64,000 bases of DNA, from positions 14,870-78,869 of the forward strand of contig CAYSZT010000003.1 of the NCBI GenBank assembly GCA_964435585.1, in the 5' to 3' direction. The translations under genes and the position numbers were made by a program. The notes under the pieces are model-generated. The model searched no databases, was not told the origin of the DNA, and saw only the letters and a program-made list of their open reading frames with translations. Source of the stretch: an uncultured Metamycoplasma sp. Lineage in GTDB: Bacteria; Bacillota_I; Bacilli_A; Mycoplasmatales; Metamycoplasmataceae. The first letter of the stretch is position 1. The number at the start of each line of letters is the position of its first letter. Below are positions 58,580 through 64,000 of the stretch, in pieces.

Positions 58580-59086
58580 ATGGACTTAAAAAAATATATT
58601 GATGATGTAAAGAACTTTCCTAAAAAAGGAATCAATTTTAAAGATATATCTCCTCTCTTAGCAAATGGAAAGGCATTAAATTATGCTGTAAAGCAGATGT
58701 GTAAATTAGCCAAAGGTGCCGATGTTATTGTAGGACCAGATGCTCGCGGTTTTTTATTTGGAACCCCAGTTGCATCAAAATTAAAAAAACCATTTGTAAT
58801 GGTTAGAAAAGAGAAAAAACTCCCTGGTGAGGTAATTAGAAAAGAATACAAGTATGAATATTCTTCAAATGTTTTAGAGATGCAAAAGAATAGAATTTTC
58901 CCTGGTCAAAAAGTTGTTGTTATTGATGACATTCTTGCCACAGGCGGAACAACAAAGGCAATTATTGATTTGGTAGAATCACAAGGCGCAGTCGTAAAAA
59001 AAGCAATTTTTTTACTTGAATTGGTAGATTTAAAAGGTATTGATAAATATCATGGTGTTGAAGTAGTTTCGTTAATAAAACTATAA
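58580..59086 (+). CDS. apt: adenine phosphoribosyltransferase
   Basis: FKDISPLL, VVVIDDILATGGT. Confidence 0.93.
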   Translation: MDLKKYIDDVKNFPKKGINFKDISPLLANGKALNYAVKQMCKLAKGADVIVGPDARGFLFGTPVASKLKKPFVMVRKEKKLPGEVIRKEYKYEYSSNVLEMQKNRIFPGQKVVVIDDILATGGTTKAIIDLVESQGAVVKKAIFLLELVDLKGIDKYHGVEVVSLIKL

Positions 59087-59149
59087 AACAGTTATTTAGT
59101 TACCTACGACAATGGTATAATAAATAATATTATTTATTAAGGAGCATTT

Positions 59150-60160
59150 ATGTTTTCAGTAATCGTCTTTTTAAATGATTTTGATTCAAGTAAAAATATT
59201 AAGAAAAAAGCAAAAAAATTATTCGAGCAAATAAACAAAACTAAGGATATTGAATATATTTTTGTTGTCGAAAATAAAAATATTCAATTAATTGATTTAT
59301 TTCAGGAAATGGAAATAAAAAACAAAAATGCCAATTTTAAATTTTCATATTATTCAAAAGAGACTTCATTCAACATTTTGATGAAAAATATTTCAAGATT
59401 AATTAGCAACGATTATTTCTTTATAGTTTCAGGATTTTCAATAATCAACAATGATTTTATTAAGACTATTTCCTCTATAGTTGAAAAAAATGATGTTGAT
59501 GTTATTGAGTTTAGACCTTTTCTAGATGGTTTTATCGAATGAGAAGCTGCCGATAGATTGGCAAAGAATAAATTAAACAAATTGCTAAAAATTAGAGATA
59601 ACAAAGATATTATTGCTTATACTTTTCCATTTACATATAACAAAATATTTTCAACTGATTTATTGGCAAAAACATTAAAATCACATTTTTCAGTAAAAGA
59701 TTTTAAAGATAATTCTGACTATTTATTTAGCTCATTACTTTATTTCCTATTTTTAAATGCTTCAACTTATTGATATATTCCGGCTTCACTTTCATCTTTT
59801 GAAATTGATGAAGTACATGTTAAGAATTTTAATGATATATTCTATCAATGAAATCTAATTCAAAATAAGTGCAGAGAAAATGGTGACTATGTGGAAGAGA
59901 TAAATTATGCAAAATGATTTCATTTAGACATTTTCATGTGTGCATTATATTCAGTAAAAAGTATTTTTGATTTTAAAAATAATTTACCAAAGAAATATTA
60001 TGAAAAATTGCAAGCTATAAAAGAGAAAGAATTTAATGATTTCGAATTGAAAAATTTATATATGGTCAGTTCAGAGAATAAAAATAATGAAATAGAATTA
60101 TTAAGAAAAATTAATCCTATTTCAAAATGGAATAAGTTATTAAAAGAATTGGAAGATTAA
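59150..60160 (+). CDS. hypothetical protein (336 aa), possibly a divergent GT-A-fold glycosyltransferase-like protein
   Basis: Track ORFs 59150.., 59558.. and 59936.. share a frame and the gaps are open. The N-terminal FSVIVFLND... beta-strand pattern is only weakly GT2-like, so the family call has low confidence. Confidence 0.5.
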
Positions 60161-60164
60161 TTAG

Positions 60165-60893
60165 ATGATTCAGCAAATAGAGGAAAATAAAAAGGCAGGT
60201 TTTTGAATTAGGGCTCTATCGCTTTTGATCGACATTGTTATTTTTTCTATTATCGGTATTTTATCTTCACTGATGTGCATCAAAAAAGTTTATTTTAGTA
60301 CTGTTAATTTGAACATATATCAGGTTAAAAATGACTATACATATTTTTTGTGATTGCTAATTTTAATTTTGGATTTATCAATTTTCTTTATTGCAATTCC
60401 ATTTCTATTTAATGGAAAAACAATTGGTATGATGATAACAAGATTAGCAATTAAATACAATGAGGGGACAAAAAAATATTGATCATTATTTAAAAAGGCT
60501 CAACTTGGACCAATTCTGTGAATAGTTGTTATCATTTTTTTTATGATTTTTGTTTGACCAACAACAATTAATAAGATGGTTATTTTTTCTTATATTAAAA
60601 ATAAAAATATTCCTGAAAGTGAGGCGATTAAGGATTTATTATCATCTAATAAATGAAATCTAAGAGAAACAATTTTCTATTCAATACCTGCTGCATTATC
60701 TCCAATAATTATTATTGTCCAGTTACTATTTCTAATATCTGTTGGTTTCAGAGGGAATAAAATTGGTCTGGTGGATAAATTCTCAAATTCACAAATTATT
60801 TATACAAATAAATTCGATAGAAAAAATATTGAAACTTTTGAATTAATTAAACCAGAATTATATAATCCAGTTGAGATTAATTGAAAGGAATAG
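60165..60893 (+). CDS. RDD-family membrane protein
   Basis: ATG at 60165 with many TGA(Trp) codons. W.RALSLLIDIVIF and ...NGKTIGMMITRLAIK fit the RDD domain pattern. Confidence 0.65.
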
Positions 60894-60894
60894 C

Positions 60895-63054
60895 ATGAGT
60901 TCATCAACTTTTGAAGAGAGAGTGAAAACAGAATTGAACAAAGAACAAAGGGCTGCTGTTGTTAGTTTCAATAATCCCATAAGGATTATTGCTGGCGCAG
61001 GTTCTGGTAAGACAAAGGTTTTGACTTGAAAAATTTCATATTTAGTAGAAGTGGCAAAATTCAATCCATCTAGAGTTGTTGCTTTGACTTTTACAAACAA
61101 AGCTGCGAATGAAATGAAAGAACGCGTTGAGCAACTAATTGGCAACAAAATAAATAATATGATTATTTCAACATTTCATTCTCTATGTTATAGATTTTTA
61201 ATCGAGGAGATGAGTGCAAGTCCAGAGTTAGGTTTAAAAAATTTTGCTATTATTGATGGGGTTGATCAAGATAACATTTTAAAAGATGTTTACAAAGAAT
61301 ATGATATTAATAAGATTCAATATCCATACAATCAGATGAAGGAATTTATTTCCTCTATAAAAATTAATTTTAGAGATATTAATGAATTAGAAAGTGAAGC
61401 AAAGGAAAATAACGATGAGATTGAACTATTGAGATTATCGGTATTTAAAAGTTATCAAAATGCACTGATAAGATCGAAATCATTAGATTTCAACGACCTT
61501 TTAATCTACACAAAAAAGATTTTAGAAAACTATGAAAATATTAAAGAAAAATGAAGATCAAAATTTGATTACTTTTTAATTGATGAGTTTCAAGACACTT
61601 CAAAGATTCAATATGATATTATTGATCTCTTAATGAAAAACAAAAACAACATAACCATTGTAGGAGATCCCGATCAAACAATTTATGGTTGAAGGGGTGC
61701 AGATATCACTTTTATTAATGAATTTGATAAATTATATGAAAATGTTATTACAATTACACTTTCACAAAATTATCGTTCAACTAAGAATATCTTGAAAGCG
61801 GCTAATTCATTAATAATGAATAATGCTAATAGATTACCAAAAAATCTACTAACTGAAAATGAAGAAGGTTCAAAGATAACTTTTTATGAAGCTTCGCATC
61901 AAGGAGATGAAGCTTCTTGAGTTGCAATGCAAATAGAAAAATTAATGAGAGAAAAAAATAAATTAAATTCTATTGCCATTTTATATAGATCTAATTTCTA
62001 TTCAAAATCAATGGAGGATGCATTGATTAAGAAAAATTTATCTTATAAAGTCATTAATGGACAAAAGTTCTATGAAAGAGCAGAGATAAAAGATGCTTTA
62101 GCTTATTTAAGATGCATTTATGAACCAACAGATATTAGCTTAAGCAGAATCATTAATGTTCCATCTAGAAAATTAGGTGATACAACAATTGAGCAATTAA
62201 AAAAAATAGCTAGTCATAAAAATAAAAGTATTTGGGATTTATTACAAGATAACATTGACGATTTCCCAATTCAAAATACTAAAAAATTAACACTTCTAAA
62301 TTTTGTTAAGACAATAAATAAATATAAGGCTCTAATTAATGAATGTAAAAGCATCTCTGAAACATTAGAAAAACTTTTGTCTGAAGTGGGTTTTATGTCA
62401 ATGCATTCTTCTTCTGCTGATTTTTTAAATACTCGCTATGAAAACATCGTTGAACTTATTGCTTCTATTAGAGTTTGAGAACAAGAAAATCAAGATAAGA
62501 CAATTAAAGATTATTTAGACAATATTTCACTAGAATCTTTAAATCTTTCTAGTGGCACTGATCAAGAATATATTTCAATGATGACTATTCATGCTGCTAA
62601 GGGTCTTGAATTCGACAATGTTTTTGTTATCGGATTAAGTGAAGGCGTTTTTCCATCATATAAGGTAACAAAACAAGACAGTGAGGAATTATTGGAAGAG
62701 GAAAGAAGATTGGCTTATGTCGCAATTACAAGGGCAAGGAAAAATTTGTTTCTTTCTTTTGCTAGGGAAACAATGGGTTCACAATTCTCAAATGATATTT
62801 CGAGATTTATTAAAGAAACAAATATTGAATTAAGTTCAAATTTATTTTTTGATTCTAAAGAAATTAATATATCAAGTAAATTAAGAGATAATGATGTTGA
62901 TTTTGAACCAGGCGATAGAGTTACTCATGTTAATTTTGGTGAAGGAATAGTGTTAGATATAATCGGCGATTCAATTATAATTGAATTTATTAATAAAAAA
63001 ATTGGAACAAAGCAATTATTAAAAAATCATAAGTCGATTGAAAGGATAGGATAA
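60895..63054 (+). CDS. pcrA: ATP-dependent DNA helicase PcrA/UvrD (SF1)
   Basis: ATG at 60895. Track ORFs 61051.., 61927.. and 62578.. share a frame. AGAGSGKTKVLT, FLIDEFQDTS, VGDPDQTIYGW(TGA)RGA, QNYRS, MTIHAAKGLEFD, RLAYVAITRA. Confidence 0.92.
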
Positions 63055-64000
63055 TGGGTATAGAGAAAATATTCTTGATAATTCTAATAGTCGTGATATT
63101 TGTTTTTTCTGTTTCCTTTATCCTTTATTTATTTTTTAAACCAGACGATGTAAAAAAATACGAGTCTGTCGTTTTTTTGGATTTAGATTTGGATAAATGA
63201 AGAATAAGAATTAACGATTTATCAAGAAATATTTTTTCTGACAAAGGTGAAGATAATAACTTTATATTTGGTAAAGAAAAAGTTGAAGGATGGGTCAGCT
63301 TATCAACTGTTTTTAAATTTATAGGTCCAAAAAATGAGCAAAATTGAAAAAAAGCTATTGAATACTGTGTTCAGAATAATTCTAGCTATCAAATAAATCA
63401 TTTTGAGCATATTGAAAAAGAAGAAAATGAATATGCAAAAAAATTAAATAATTTAGAATCATATATTCTTAAATTTCAGTTTATCTCTGATTACAAGTTA
63501 AGAGTTGAATGCAAATTAAGTGATAAGCAAAAGATTAGAAATAATGCTCAAAGCAAGATAGTTTCAAAAGCACAAATTATCAATGACCATCATAAGTATA
63601 ATTTATTCATTTCTTTTTTACTAAAAGATAATGTTTCATCAACATTTGAAAATTTTGTTAATTTACTAGACGAAAAATTAGGTAAGAACAATTATTACTA
63701 TTTCAAATCAAATTCAATTGCATCTATTTTTTATGCCAACAATTCCTATAATGAAATATTAAGAAATAGAAAAAAAGTTCAAAGAGTTTTAAAACGTTCA
63801 TTAGGAAGAAATAATATCAATAATTATTTTGAAGCATTAACATACACTGAATGCAACGATGTAATGAATGAAAGTGATTTTATTAAAGTTGTTAATAGAA
63901 TTTTCTTTGGTTTGGTTAAATCAAAGTTGCAAAATGAACCATATTTATTTTCATTGAACAATATCCAATTCAATGAATTTGAAACATTTAAAGAAAAAAT
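63054..64000 (+). CDS. hypothetical N-terminally membrane-anchored protein, 3-prime truncated at the window edge
   Basis: The ATG overlaps the pcrA stop (TAATG). MGIEKIFLIILIVVIFVFSVSFILYLFF is the TM anchor. I checked the frame codon by codon through position 63842 and found it open (only TGA codons), and it continues to the window end. Confidence 0.5.

Overview
This is a strongly AT-rich chromosomal segment from a Mollicutes (Mycoplasma-like) genome that reads TGA as Trp (translation table 4). The six-frame track used the standard code, so most genes appear broken. Joining same-frame track ORFs across in-frame TGA codons gives about 60 tightly packed genes, many with 1-17 nt overlaps. I found no rRNA, tRNA, CRISPR array, transposase or integrase. 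Most of the content is housekeeping: serS, eno, tuf, pgk, gyrB, fba, secA, parE, mnmE, tatD, truB-HAD-ribF, rpsL-rpsG-fusA, sufS-sufU, tlyA, nusB, ppa, lgt, hprK, hpt, acpP, secG, rnr, apt and pcrA. Accessory or less expected genes include comEA-comEC and dprA, a choloylglycine-hydrolase-family Ntn hydrolase, a ZIP metal transporter, a secreted thermonuclease, cdaA-mgtE, two lipoproteins, a YqaJ-like nuclease and a DUF2156-like protein. The most interesting signal is a near-identical promoter/leader module present twice, 20 kb apart on opposite strands. Each copy holds a long homopolymer tract (T19 at 34269..34287; A15, i.e. T15 on the coding strand, at 54844..54858) directly next to a -10-like TAAAAT. 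Each copy drives a member of a small family of polytopic membrane proteins with a shared acidic C-terminal motif (YYIE[E/G]D). This looks like a slipped-strand phase-variation switch. Other notable points are Lys-rich C-terminal tails on enolase and phosphoglycerate kinase, a perfect 11-bp inverted repeat upstream of the ZIP transporter, and a nuclease gene with no canonical start codon overlapping the fba stop. There is also a coiled-coil protein with two degenerate HNH-like modules and a tail-anchored chimeric Lys-rich/DUF2188-like/repeat protein upstream of cdaA-mgtE. Family names come from my reading of the translated motifs, not from a database search.
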